Shown here: piece after piece, positions 54,295 through 64,000 of the stretch
Layout: every line of letters starts with the position of its first letter
Numbering within the stretch: the first letter of the stretch is position 1
Source of the DNA: a virus
Reading direction: 5' to 3' (one strand)
IMG/VR virus record: IMGVR_UViG_3300024518_000876
Span: 26,955-90,954 of that record
DNA length: 64,000 nt
Position numbers and translations under genes: made by a program
Notes under the pieces: model-generated
Seen by the model: the letters and a program-made list of their open reading frames with translations, nothing else
Told to the model about the DNA's origin: nothing
The model's database searches: none

Positions 54295-56484
54295 ATGGAC
54301 ATAGTAAATCAATTTAAATTACCTAAGTATATAAAAGGTAAATCATTCTCAGAAGCATCTCAAATGTTACAAGATAAAATAAGAGATAAAGAAACTTTAG
54401 AAGAAATGATGGGTAGACTTAGGGATGCACAAGAATACAGTAAACAAATGCAGGAAGCACAGGAAGCTCAGGCAAACCCTGAGATGGCTCAACAGCAGAT
54501 GGGTGAACAAATGCCTCCAGAAATGATGCAAGGTCAAGGAGGACAACCTCAAATGGATCCTGCAATGATGGAACAGATGATGGCGCAACAACAAGGTGGA
54601 CAACAACAAATGGCTATGGGCGGAATGTTAAATATGGGACCTGGTGAACCTATAGAAAATGAAATAATGACAGCTACTGGTAAAGGTGATCAAACTGCTT
54701 TAAAGAAGGCTTCTGCTAAATTAAACATGAAACCTATAGACAACACTCCAACGAGGCAAGCCTTATACAATAAAGTACAAGCTAATAATGGATCTTTTGA
54801 CCCTAAGTTATCTTATATTAATAGAGATATTGGACACACGTTTAAGCCATTAGAAAAACATACCTTAATGCAGGCTAAGATTGATAGAATGAATGATCCT
54901 ACTAAAAGTAAACCAATGCAACTTAAATTAGATAGAGACGCTGCTATTTATAAACAACAAATGGGTAGAAAAGCCTATGTTGCAGATAATATGATGAACA
55001 ACGTTTCAACAGAAGAAGCAGAGCGTAGAGCTGCTATGGGAAATGAATTTAAAATGGGTGGTTACTCTAAATCTAATGACTACTTTTTAGGTGGTTTATT
55101 TGGAGGAGACAAAGCTCAAGATGCTGCAGGTATGGCAGGCAATGCTTCTGAAGGAGCAGCGGCTGGAGGAGCTGGTGGACCTGGTCCAGGAGGGTATATG
55201 AAAGCTGCAAATACTGCAATGGATTTTGGTATGGAAGCTTTTGGTAAAACTAAAGAAGAGGATATGAATAATATATCTGCTATGGAAAGTCAAGGTGGGG
55301 CAACTGTTGGCGGAGCTATGAAAGGAGCGCAAGCTGGAATGGCGTTTGGACCTTGGGGAGCCGCTGTAGGTGGAGTATTAGGTGGTGCAGCAGGATTGAT
55401 AGGTTCTGGTAAAAGAAATAGTGAAAGAGTACAAGCAGAAGGTAGAAAAACTGGTTCTAATTTTAGAAAAGCAAATGAGATGTATGCTAAAGGAGGATAT
55501 ATGAAACCTTCTACTAATAAGTATGCAGATGGAGATTATTTAGATTTAAGTTTTTTAAATACTCCTGCACAAAACATAGCAAATGCTGCAACAGGTGTTA
55601 CACCTATAATGGCAGATAATAACCAAGCTGCAATTGCACCAAATAGTATGTATGGTAAAGATCCTTCCGGTGACTTTATGAAACAATCTACTATGTATAA
55701 AGGTAACTTGTATGATAATGGAACCTTAAACTCTGATTATACAGTAGGAGATGCAGATTTAAATGGGTTTAATGATGCTGAAGAAGCTAAGTTTGGAGAC
55801 AAAAAACCAAATACTTCTAAAAGTAAACAATCTAAAAGTGACAGAAATGAAAAAATAAGTAATGCTGCTATTGCAGCAGGAAGATTAGCACCTGCAGCTA
55901 TGAACCTTTTTCAGTTAAATAAGATGAAGAGTCCAGAAGTTGAAAAATATGACAGACTAGATCAAGTTTACAAACCTCAATTTCAAGATGAGAGAAGAAT
56001 GCTTAATGCAATAGATGAAGGGTTTAATCCTGATTTGTTAACTGAAGGGGCAGGAGGTTCGTTAGGTAGATTTGCAAGTGGAGCTACTGCAATGAATTTA
56101 GCTAAAATGAAAGCTAAGTCAGCCGGAGCAAGTGCAGCTTCTAAACAAAAAGCAGATGAACTAACTAAAAAACAAGCATTTGATAAAGATACAGCAATGA
56201 GAAATGCTGCTACACAAAGAGCTGAGACTGTAGCTAATGCTCAAAATAGAGGCGCAGCTGCTACTAATAAATCTAAATTCTTATCGCAAATAGGTACAGA
56301 TGTAGGAAATATAAGTAAAGAAGCATTATTTAAAAAGCAAGCTAAAGAAATGTACGGTTATAGTTTTGATGGAAAATACTTTGTAAATTCTGATGGAGAT
56401 AAAAAAACAGTAGAAGAGATGGCAAAGATGAATAAAAGCAATGGTAGTATGTTTGGTGGTTACTTAAATAAGAAAAAGAAATAA
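54295..56484 (+). CDS. Ejected cargo protein with Q/M-rich segment and glycine-zipper TM region
   Basis: GAQAGMAFGPWGAAVGGVLGGAAGLIG; low-complexity Q/M tract. Confidence 0.65.
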   Translation: MDIVNQFKLPKYIKGKSFSEASQMLQDKIRDKETLEEMMGRLRDAQEYSKQMQEAQEAQANPEMAQQQMGEQMPPEMMQGQGGQPQMDPAMMEQMMAQQQGGQQQMAMGGMLNMGPGEPIENEIMTATGKGDQTALKKASAKLNMKPIDNTPTRQALYNKVQANNGSFDPKLSYINRDIGHTFKPLEKHTLMQAKIDRMNDPTKSKPMQLKLDRDAAIYKQQMGRKAYVADNMMNNVSTEEAERRAAMGNEFKMGGYSKSNDYFLGGLFGGDKAQDAAGMAGNASEGAAAGGAGGPGPGGYMKAANTAMDFGMEAFGKTKEEDMNNISAMESQGGATVGGAMKGAQAGMAFGPWGAAVGGVLGGAAGLIGSGKRNSERVQAEGRKTGSNFRKANEMYAKGGYMKPSTNKYADGDYLDLSFLNTPAQNIANAATGVTPIMADNNQAAIAPNSMYGKDPSGDFMKQSTMYKGNLYDNGTLNSDYTVGDADLNGFNDAEEAKFGDKKPNTSKSKQSKSDRNEKISNAAIAAGRLAPAAMNLFQLNKMKSPEVEKYDRLDQVYKPQFQDERRMLNAIDEGFNPDLLTEGAGGSLGRFASGATAMNLAKMKAKSAGASAASKQKADELTKKQAFDKDTAMRNAATQRAETVANAQNRGAAATNKSKFLSQIGTDVGNISKEALFKKQAKEMYGYSFDGKYFVNSDGDKKTVEEMAKMNKSNGSMFGGYLNKKKK

Positions 56485-56486
56485 TT

Positions 56487-59027
56487 ATGAATAGATTTAC
56501 AAATTTAACTCCTTCTCAGTTTGATCCATTAAGTTGGGAAGAAGTTGCTAGAGTACCTTTACATAAAAGAACTCAACATACTGCAGCAGAAACAGCTAAA
56601 GCTGAATTAGAGACAGCTGCTGCACAATTAGATTCATTACCTGTACATGACAAAAGGGCTAGAGAAATTCAAGATTATTATAGAGATAGATTAGGAGATA
56701 TGTCCAGTAAACTAGCAAGTGAAGGAATTAATCAAAATACTACTCAAGAAGTATTAAAATTAAACTCACAGTTTAAACAAGACTTTTCTCCCCTAGGAGA
56801 TGCAGGTAAAATTATGGCAGCAAAAACTGCTTTTAACGCAAATAAGCAAGATTTTTATGGACAAGGCTATAAAGCAGGACATAGTGGGGAATATTTAGAT
56901 AATAAATGGAGTAGATTTGCTGAAGATTACGCTAATAAGTACGGAGATAATCAAGTTATAGAAGATATAGGTTCATTAGGTGTTGGGAAATACTATGATG
57001 TAGATAAAACTATAACAGATGAAATGCAGCAAGTAGGTAAAATTATGGAAGATAATGATATACAAGGAGACTACAAAATAGCTTTCCCTGGTGGAGTACC
57101 AGTCTTACAAAGTGTAACTAATTCAGGAAAAACTATAAGTAATTTACCTCAGCTTCAACAAAAATTAAAAGATTTATATGATAGATTTACCAATGAAGAA
57201 TATGAAAGTGGTAGATTTGCATCAGATTCAGGTTTTACATCAGAAGCAATTCAAAGAAAACTAAATAATGCATTAGGTGCTTATTTAAATAGTGCAGAAA
57301 CTACAGGTAGAAGAGTAAGTATTCAAAATATTCCTACTGATAAATCAGGTAAAGGAAGAAGTGGTTCAGGAAAAACTTCTAATGATGACGTATACACAAG
57401 TACTGGAGCTGACAATCTTCCAAATGCAACTACTCCTGCAGATGTTAGAAAAGGAGCAGACGAGTTAATGGATTCTACTGACCCTATTAAACAAGCACAT
57501 GGTAGAAATATTAAGGCTAATTTAGAGGCAATTGAAAATGATCATTATGCGCAAGATCCTTACGCTATAAAAGCAAATGAATTACTAGTAGGAAATGATA
57601 ATAACCCAGGATTGCAAAGTACATATTTAAATGTAGAAAAGCAAATTTTAGGTAAAAAATATCCAATTACTTATAGAGATGGAGTAGTTTCTGATTCTAA
57701 ATCAGCAGAGTTAGCACCTTCAAAAATGTTAATGACTCCTGAAGAAATAAATACAGCTGTATCTGATTCTAATAGATTTAATACTTTAAATGATGCAGTA
57801 GCTCCATTTATGGATGTATTTAGTAAGGACGATCCGGCTACAGGAGAAGTTGTTATATACAAAAAAGACCCTACAGATACATCATGGACAGGTTCAGTTA
57901 AAAAAGCATTTAACCAAGTTGCTAAATTTGAAGTAGCAAGAGTGTCTAAAGAAGAAGTAGAAAAGATTAGATTACATCAAGAGCAAGTTAAATTATCAGA
58001 AGAAGCTTTAAATAAAAAAGTAGAGTATGATAAACAAATACAATTAAATTACCATCTTAATCCAGAAAAAACTGCAGATTTAGGAGCAATACAAAAGAAA
58101 TCATTTAATTACCTTAAAAATGGATTTACTAATAACTTACCTTTAAAAGAAGTGAGTATAAAAGAAATAGATGAAAATGGTAAAACAGATGACTCAGAAA
58201 TCTTTACAGGAGACAGTACAAGTAAAATTAAAGAAGAAATACTTAACCTTATGACTCCTGAAAACACAATACTTAAAGGAATGAGTTTAAATGGTTCTTA
58301 TTCTAAGAATGACCCTGTTGCTTCTTATGAAATTACTATTCCAGGAGAGGACGGTAAGAAAAAAGTGTATAATATAGAACTTAGTTTAAATGATTATAAG
58401 ACTCAAACACCGGGAGGTACATTAGATGTATCCAGTTCTGCAGGAGAAATAATAAGTCTTTACAAAGAATATGGAGGTGTTAAAGGTGCAGGTGTAGCTA
58501 AAAGAGCACAGCAGCAAATTGACTACAGTAATATATCTATGCCTACTTTTAGTAAAAATTATGATAACTCTCAACAATTAGTTAATAGTGGATTAGTAAC
58601 TCCAAACTTAAAAAATGCAACTGGGTCACAAAAATTTGATTTTGATTTAATAGATGGAAAAGTTGGACTAGTTTATCAAAGTGAACAAATAGCAAATGTT
58701 GCTGAAGGAGAAGCTAGATTTAAAAATAAACCATTAACTTGGAATACTATATTACTTGGAGATTCTAATACAAAAGATGAAAATGTAAATTTAGTACAAA
58801 TGCCGAAGACTAAAGAAAAGATACAAAGTCTTCCTCCACAATTAACTAGTAAACTAGTAGACCAAATATGTAAAAATGCTAATGTGCCTAAAGCAAACTT
58901 TAATAGTATACCAGAAGAAAAGGTAGATAGTATATTAAATGAAATACTTAGCTCAGAACAAGGTGGTAACTACCCTATAACAGCTGATTCTCATTATGAT
59001 TTACTAGATTTAATAAAACAAATATAA
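56487..59027 (+). CDS. Large cargo/ejection protein
   Basis: 846 aa; position in the crAss-like cargo cluster. Confidence 0.55.
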   Translation: MNRFTNLTPSQFDPLSWEEVARVPLHKRTQHTAAETAKAELETAAAQLDSLPVHDKRAREIQDYYRDRLGDMSSKLASEGINQNTTQEVLKLNSQFKQDFSPLGDAGKIMAAKTAFNANKQDFYGQGYKAGHSGEYLDNKWSRFAEDYANKYGDNQVIEDIGSLGVGKYYDVDKTITDEMQQVGKIMEDNDIQGDYKIAFPGGVPVLQSVTNSGKTISNLPQLQQKLKDLYDRFTNEEYESGRFASDSGFTSEAIQRKLNNALGAYLNSAETTGRRVSIQNIPTDKSGKGRSGSGKTSNDDVYTSTGADNLPNATTPADVRKGADELMDSTDPIKQAHGRNIKANLEAIENDHYAQDPYAIKANELLVGNDNNPGLQSTYLNVEKQILGKKYPITYRDGVVSDSKSAELAPSKMLMTPEEINTAVSDSNRFNTLNDAVAPFMDVFSKDDPATGEVVIYKKDPTDTSWTGSVKKAFNQVAKFEVARVSKEEVEKIRLHQEQVKLSEEALNKKVEYDKQIQLNYHLNPEKTADLGAIQKKSFNYLKNGFTNNLPLKEVSIKEIDENGKTDDSEIFTGDSTSKIKEEILNLMTPENTILKGMSLNGSYSKNDPVASYEITIPGEDGKKKVYNIELSLNDYKTQTPGGTLDVSSSAGEIISLYKEYGGVKGAGVAKRAQQQIDYSNISMPTFSKNYDNSQQLVNSGLVTPNLKNATGSQKFDFDLIDGKVGLVYQSEQIANVAEGEARFKNKPLTWNTILLGDSNTKDENVNLVQMPKTKEKIQSLPPQLTSKLVDQICKNANVPKANFNSIPEEKVDSILNEILSSEQGGNYPITADSHYDLLDLIKQI

Positions 59028-59028
59028 T

Positions 59029-62000
59029 ATGAGTTTAAAACAAACTTTAATTGATAACAGTAACTACCCTCCATTAGAAGATAATGGGGGGATTAAGGGT
59101 TATTTAGCTAATTTTGCAAATGACACTGGTTACGATGATATGGTAACTCAATATGCTAATGATGTAACAGCAGATCAAAGCGATTTAAAATTTACTGGAT
59201 ATACTAAAGATAGAGACTACTTACTTGAAGATGCTTCAGATTTTGGTTATGATGATTTAATTGAGTTTAAAGCACAGAATCAATCTAACTGGGCTAAGAG
59301 AGGTAGAGGATTAGCACGATTAGGATTTAAAACTGCTATGAATATATTAGAGATGCCAGGAATAGCTTTTGGAGCAGCTGAGGCAGCTATGACAGGGGAT
59401 CCTTATGCATTAATTAATAATGGATGGTCTAATGCTATTAAATCTGCAAATGAGTGGTTTGATGAAGAAGTAGCACCTGTGTATGTAAAAAAAGCAGTAA
59501 GAGATGGTAACTTGTGGGACAACATTAAATCAGTAGATTTCTGGGCTACAGAAGGTGCTGATGGTCTTGCATTTGCTTTATCTGCATTAGTACCTGGAGC
59601 AGCCGTAAAAGGTCTTAAATTAGGTTCTAAAGTGGCAAATGGGTTAGCTAAGAGTAAAGGTGCTAAGTATTTACAGAAAGTAGATGATAAAATATCTAAA
59701 ATGATGAATACAGGTGGAGTAGCAGATACAACAGATATTGCTGCAGCTACCGCATTTAATACTATTTATGAAGCAGGTATGGAGGCTCAAATGGGTATGG
59801 ATTCTTATAAGACTAAATTAGCAGATATGTTTGCTAATAATGAGATTACTCAAGATGATTATGCAGCTTTAAGTGATAAGACTGGTAGTGTGGGGGCGAA
59901 TATATTTGCAGCTAATGCTGCTTTATTATTAGGACCAAATGCTATGATGTCTAAATCTTTATTTGGAAAAGCTATGCCTAAAAAGCAACTAGGTAAATTT
60001 AAAAGAGTAGATGGTAAATACGTACCAGAAGCAAATCAATTATCTAAAAAACAAAAAGCTTTAAAAGGTATAAAAGATGGTGCAGCTCTTATTGGAAAGT
60101 CTACTGTATCTGAAGGATTTGTAGAAGAAGCAGGTCAAATGGTAGCTGAAAAATTTAATGTAGAGGGAACTATCCAAGATTATTTAGGAGAAGAGTCTAA
60201 AAGTTTAACTGAATTGTACGCAGATGTGGTAAATTCTACAGAGGGACAAAAAGCTATTATGCTAGGTGGAGTTTTTGGTACAGGAATGACTGCAGTTGGG
60301 GATATTAAAAATAGAAAACCTACTAAAGAAAGAAATCAAAACTTAGCTGATATGATGTCTAGAGGTGCTAATTTAATGGATGTATCTATTAATGGAGTAT
60401 ATAAGACAGATGAACAAGGTAACATAGAGTTTGATAAAGGTAAACCTGTTGTAGACCAAGCAAAGCTTGCTAATTTTGGTAGTGAAATGGAGTTTGTTGA
60501 ATCTATAAACAATGCAAAAGAGGATATAGTTGAGCAAGTAAGTAAAGGAGAGATGACTATTTCTGAAGCAGCTGCTAATACAGAGATGTTAGACGAAACT
60601 TTAAGAAAGCAAGCATTATTATCTTTTGTACATGCACAAGATGAGGGATTAGAAGTATTAGAAAACTACCTAGAAAATGGGTCTGGTATAGAATCACTAT
60701 ACGCTGCTGAACTTGAAACTAATCCTGAATTTGATATTAAAGGAGCTAAACAAAAACTTAAAGGTGAATTAATTGCGGAAGCTACATCTTTACAAAAAGA
60801 TTTAAAGTATGCACAAGATTACATGCACTTTGATAATCAATTAGATGTAAAACAAAGTGACCCTCACTATGGACAGTATATGTCTAAATTACATCAAGAT
60901 TACACTATTGCAAATTCTAACGTAAGACTAGCTCAATCTAAAATAAATGAGTTAAATTCAGCTAAAGATAAGTACCAAGTAGTAGATTATGAGACTTTAG
61001 ATAATAAAGGACTGTTTATGGACAACATAGATAGGGAAATAGCTACTTATGAGCGTACTAAAGAAGCACTAGAAACTAAAATAAAATCTTATGTAGACCC
61101 TGCAGTACAGAAAAAAGCCTATGAAGCTTACAGTAAGCAACAAACAGAATTAGAGAATGTAAATGAAGAAGCTAAAGATTTAGATAAAACATTAACTGAT
61201 ATAGATAATGCTACTAGTAGAACAGAAGTAGAAGAAGTTATAGCTACATCTGGATTAACTACGCCAGTTAAAAAAGAAGCAATAGAAAAGAAAAGAGTTG
61301 AGAAAGAAAAAATGTTTGATACTCAAAGAGCAAAAGTAGCAAAAAAAATTAATGAAGATGCTGAAAAAGAAGAAGTCATTAATGTAGCAGCACAAATAGC
61401 ACATAATGATGCTTTAGATTATATTAGAGATAACTTTAATGAGGGAGAGATTATTCCTTTACCAGAAGATATAGATACAGATATGCCACTAGAAAGTTAT
61501 TTACAAATAACTAAGTTTAATCAAGATGGTTCAATTGCTTTTTTAGATGTTGATACTAATTTAATTGAAATATTTATTCCAAAAGTAATTAAATCTACTA
61601 TTGTAGAAGCAATTCCTACTGAAACTGAAGGAGTAGAGTTAGTTAATAGTGATATTATTAATGAAGAAACTGTTAAGAAAACTGATACTTCAGTTGAAAC
61701 TGACCCTAAAATAGCTAGTGCAGGTGTAGGAACATCCGAAGGATATCTTGAATATTTTCAACTAAATGGGCAAGATAAAAAAGGTACTCCGGTACAATTT
61801 GCTATATTAGATCCAGGAGGAATTACAAAAGATACTCCTGCATTTGTTAGGGATATGATTACTAAGTCCAAAAAGGCTATTGATATATATAACCAACTTT
61901 TAGCAGGTAAAGCTCTTACAGAAGCACAAGAAGATTTATTCACAGGTTATTTTCCTTTACAAGTAAATGTAACTGGTACAAACCATAGTTCTTTTATTCA

Positions 62001-63264
62001 TGCAGAGTTTAGAAATAATAAAAGTAAACCTGAGCAAAAAATAAGAAGACAAATTTTAAATGTATTAAAAGCAGAAGTAGCTAAAGGCAACCCTGTTAAA
62101 ATTACAGATTTAAGTACTACTATATTAAATCAAGGTAAAGGTAAATTAAGTTTAGAAGAAAAGAAAGGAGTTTACAATAGTCTTAATGATTTAAAAAATA
62201 TTCAAGACCAAGGTGGACTAGAAAATCTTGAATTTGGTATTCTTAATGATGTAGGTATTTTAGTAAATCCGTATGATAAAGAAAGTATTAAAGGAAGTAC
62301 TGTATTTAACCCTGATTGGAGAGGAGCAGTATTTGTTATGATAAATAGAGATAGTACAGGTGAAAAGTTTCCTCTACATGTTAATATTAGTAGAATATCA
62401 GAACAACATGCCAGTTCTTTATATGACTTAGGGTTAGATGTTATTAACAATTCAACTGTCACTAATAACACTAGACTTAGTGATATGGATAATTTTGATA
62501 GGTACTCTACTGAATTTGCAGAGGAATTAGAATTAATGGTTAACTTAGGTAAAAGAACAGTAGATGAAATTACTGTAAATGACTTGACAAGATTTATGTA
62601 TTTTACAGGGTCTGCGTCTCCAAAATCTAAGTTACAAATAAACAACGACTCACTAGTATTTGGGTCTACTGAAATAAAAGCAGGAGAAGAAGTAACTTCT
62701 TTAGATAAAGATGAATTTGTAGATTGGGTAACTAATAATAAAAATAGAAATATTAATGGTAAATCTTTAAGTAATTCAAAATATAGAAAATATATTATAG
62801 ATAATAAAGTATTATTTTCTAATGCTAAAGCCAATGTACCATTGTTTTCTCAAGACACTGATTTATTCTTAGATGTTAATGTTAAGTATAACAAACCAAC
62901 ACAACAGCCAACACAACAAAGTGGAGCTGTTACTAAAAATAATGAAGATTCTACTAGGAATTCTCAAGAAAAAGTCGTAACTTTGCAGAAACAAACTAAA
63001 AAAGAAGTGACTACAAAGAGAAAGAAAAAGACTAAAAAGTTTAAGAGTGGATTAAGTGGTATCACTGTACCAGGAGTTAAAAATACTACAGCAGAAACAA
63101 CTACTAACAGTAGTACACCAGTTCCAGGAGAACAAACTACTTCTACTGAGAAACCAGAAGAAATATGTAATGGTGATGGAGAAGTAATGGGTAGTATGAG
63201 TACAAGTTTAAAGGGTGCAAAACCTGCTAAACCAAGTAATAGATTTAATAAATTTAAAAAATAA
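59029..63264 (+). CDS. Large cargo/ejection protein (1411 aa) of the RNAP-associated cluster
   Basis: Hydrophobic Gly/Ala segments, EGFVEEAGQ motif, long coiled coils. Confidence 0.55.
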   Translation: MSLKQTLIDNSNYPPLEDNGGIKGYLANFANDTGYDDMVTQYANDVTADQSDLKFTGYTKDRDYLLEDASDFGYDDLIEFKAQNQSNWAKRGRGLARLGFKTAMNILEMPGIAFGAAEAAMTGDPYALINNGWSNAIKSANEWFDEEVAPVYVKKAVRDGNLWDNIKSVDFWATEGADGLAFALSALVPGAAVKGLKLGSKVANGLAKSKGAKYLQKVDDKISKMMNTGGVADTTDIAAATAFNTIYEAGMEAQMGMDSYKTKLADMFANNEITQDDYAALSDKTGSVGANIFAANAALLLGPNAMMSKSLFGKAMPKKQLGKFKRVDGKYVPEANQLSKKQKALKGIKDGAALIGKSTVSEGFVEEAGQMVAEKFNVEGTIQDYLGEESKSLTELYADVVNSTEGQKAIMLGGVFGTGMTAVGDIKNRKPTKERNQNLADMMSRGANLMDVSINGVYKTDEQGNIEFDKGKPVVDQAKLANFGSEMEFVESINNAKEDIVEQVSKGEMTISEAAANTEMLDETLRKQALLSFVHAQDEGLEVLENYLENGSGIESLYAAELETNPEFDIKGAKQKLKGELIAEATSLQKDLKYAQDYMHFDNQLDVKQSDPHYGQYMSKLHQDYTIANSNVRLAQSKINELNSAKDKYQVVDYETLDNKGLFMDNIDREIATYERTKEALETKIKSYVDPAVQKKAYEAYSKQQTELENVNEEAKDLDKTLTDIDNATSRTEVEEVIATSGLTTPVKKEAIEKKRVEKEKMFDTQRAKVAKKINEDAEKEEVINVAAQIAHNDALDYIRDNFNEGEIIPLPEDIDTDMPLESYLQITKFNQDGSIAFLDVDTNLIEIFIPKVIKSTIVEAIPTETEGVELVNSDIINEETVKKTDTSVETDPKIASAGVGTSEGYLEYFQLNGQDKKGTPVQFAILDPGGITKDTPAFVRDMITKSKKAIDIYNQLLAGKALTEAQEDLFTGYFPLQVNVTGTNHSSFIHAEFRNNKSKPEQKIRRQILNVLKAEVAKGNPVKITDLSTTILNQGKGKLSLEEKKGVYNSLNDLKNIQDQGGLENLEFGILNDVGILVNPYDKESIKGSTVFNPDWRGAVFVMINRDSTGEKFPLHVNISRISEQHASSLYDLGLDVINNSTVTNNTRLSDMDNFDRYSTEFAEELELMVNLGKRTVDEITVNDLTRFMYFTGSASPKSKLQINNDSLVFGSTEIKAGEEVTSLDKDEFVDWVTNNKNRNINGKSLSNSKYRKYIIDNKVLFSNAKANVPLFSQDTDLFLDVNVKYNKPTQQPTQQSGAVTKNNEDSTRNSQEKVVTLQKQTKKEVTTKRKKKTKKFKSGLSGITVPGVKNTTAETTTNSSTPVPGEQTTSTEKPEEICNGDGEVMGSMSTSLKGAKPAKPSNRFNKFKK

Positions 63265-63266
63265 AT

Positions 63267-64000
63267 ATGGCGTGTAAAGTAATATTTAAGCCAAATGGGA
63301 AAAAAATAGCTAGCAGTATCTTGGTTGACCAGGTTACTGCTATTGCTAATAAATATCCCCATTTAGTTTTAAAACAATTTAATGAGGCTAATCCAGAATT
63401 AGAAATAGAGAGCATATCAGAAATAACTGAAGACATTCAAGATGTAGTTATAGAAGATATGTTATCTTATTTTAGGAGTCCTTACTTCATTAGAAATTTT
63501 GGAGAATGGGAAGTAGAAGGTAGTAATATACCAGAAGACTTTGTTAATGAAAAAGGCGAGCCTAATTTATTAATAGATCCTAACAATGGTAAATCTTACC
63601 ATAAAAGTAAATTTGGAGAAAAGATTTATTTTCCAATGGAGCAGAATGGGTTAAACTCTATTCCTGGATTTAATAACTCTCGTATAGGTAAAGCTGTACA
63701 AGTATTAGGTAAGAAATTTTTTATGCGTAATTTTAACTTAGATTATAGCGATTTAAGTTTTGTTACTGAAAAAGATTTTGAATCTGAAGTAAGAGATATT
63801 ATTGTAGAAAAAATTAATGAAGAACTAGCAGAAGATCCAGAAAGTGTAACTGCATATGATTTAGAGCAATCTTTAAATTATATGAACGAATGGACTGAAT
63901 TGTTACAGACTTATTTTAAATCAATCGGGTTTAAAGTAGAAGATAAAGTAGATGAAGATACTGATGAAGAAGTAGGAGGTAGTGAAGAATTAATTAAACA
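63267..64000 (+). CDS. Partial giant protein, probably the virion RNA polymerase or an adjacent giant cargo protein
   Basis: Manual translation is open to the window end (MACKVIFKPNG...RSPYFIRNFGEWE...NEKGEP...); no catalytic motif within the window. Confidence 0.5.
   Translation, partial: MACKVIFKPNGKKIASSILVDQVTAIANKYPHLVLKQFNEANPELEIESISEITEDIQDVVIEDMLSYFRSPYFIRNFGEWEVEGSNIPEDFVNEKGEPNLLIDPNNGKSYHKSKFGEKIYFPMEQNGLNSIPGFNNSRIGKAVQVLGKKFFMRNFNLDYSDLSFVTEKDFESEVRDIIVEKINEELAEDPESVTAYDLEQSLNYMNEWTELLQTYFKSIGFKVEDKVDEDTDEEVGGSEELIK

Noticed and set aside
58636-58656. DFDLID in the 846-aa protein as an RNA polymerase catalytic motif
   Set aside because: The spacing is not DxDxD and no double-psi barrel context is visible
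1333-63436. Numerous short antisense ORFs in the track (e.g. 6219-6581, 28315-28836, 62202-62834)
   Set aside because: They lie opposite well-supported genes and are explained by codon bias on the reverse strand
16691-64000. Stop-codon reassignment (TAG or TGA), known in some crAss-like clades
   Set aside because: All large genes are uninterrupted under the standard code, and TAG and TGA act as real stops

Overview
AT-rich (roughly 30% GC by eye) fragment of a crAss-like (Crassvirales-type) phage genome, most likely infecting a flavobacterium. The host is inferred from Bacteroidota TTTG/TAnnTTTG promoters, absence of Shine-Dalgarno sites and a QVGIGT-type host-like secreted protein. Two divergent arms meet at about 16.5 kb. 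The left arm (minus strand) holds early and replication genes: family A DNA polymerase, DnaB-like helicase, dNMP kinase, metallophosphoesterase, a partial glutamine amidotransferase and many small ORFs. It also holds a tmRNA and a dense set of structured non-coding elements. The right arm (plus strand) holds PhoH, GroES-like and GroEL chaperonins, terminase, portal, capsid, tail and lysis genes, and the start of the large ejected cargo/RNA-polymerase cluster. Standout observations: (1) a 1157-nt group I intron splits the helicase exactly in its Walker A motif and carries two ORFs with no recognisable homing-endonuclease motif, one threaded in-frame through the whole ribozyme core; (2) an RNA archipelago at 8.9-14.1 kb contains a tmRNA with a 31-residue tag, two tRNA mimics lacking a normal anticodon arm and several multi-stem RNAs; (3) direct repeats suggest cassette-style gene insertion; (4) a GroEL sits next to a GroES-like gene in the packaging module. 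All protein assignments come from motifs, synteny and recalled family features; no database searches or folding programs were run.
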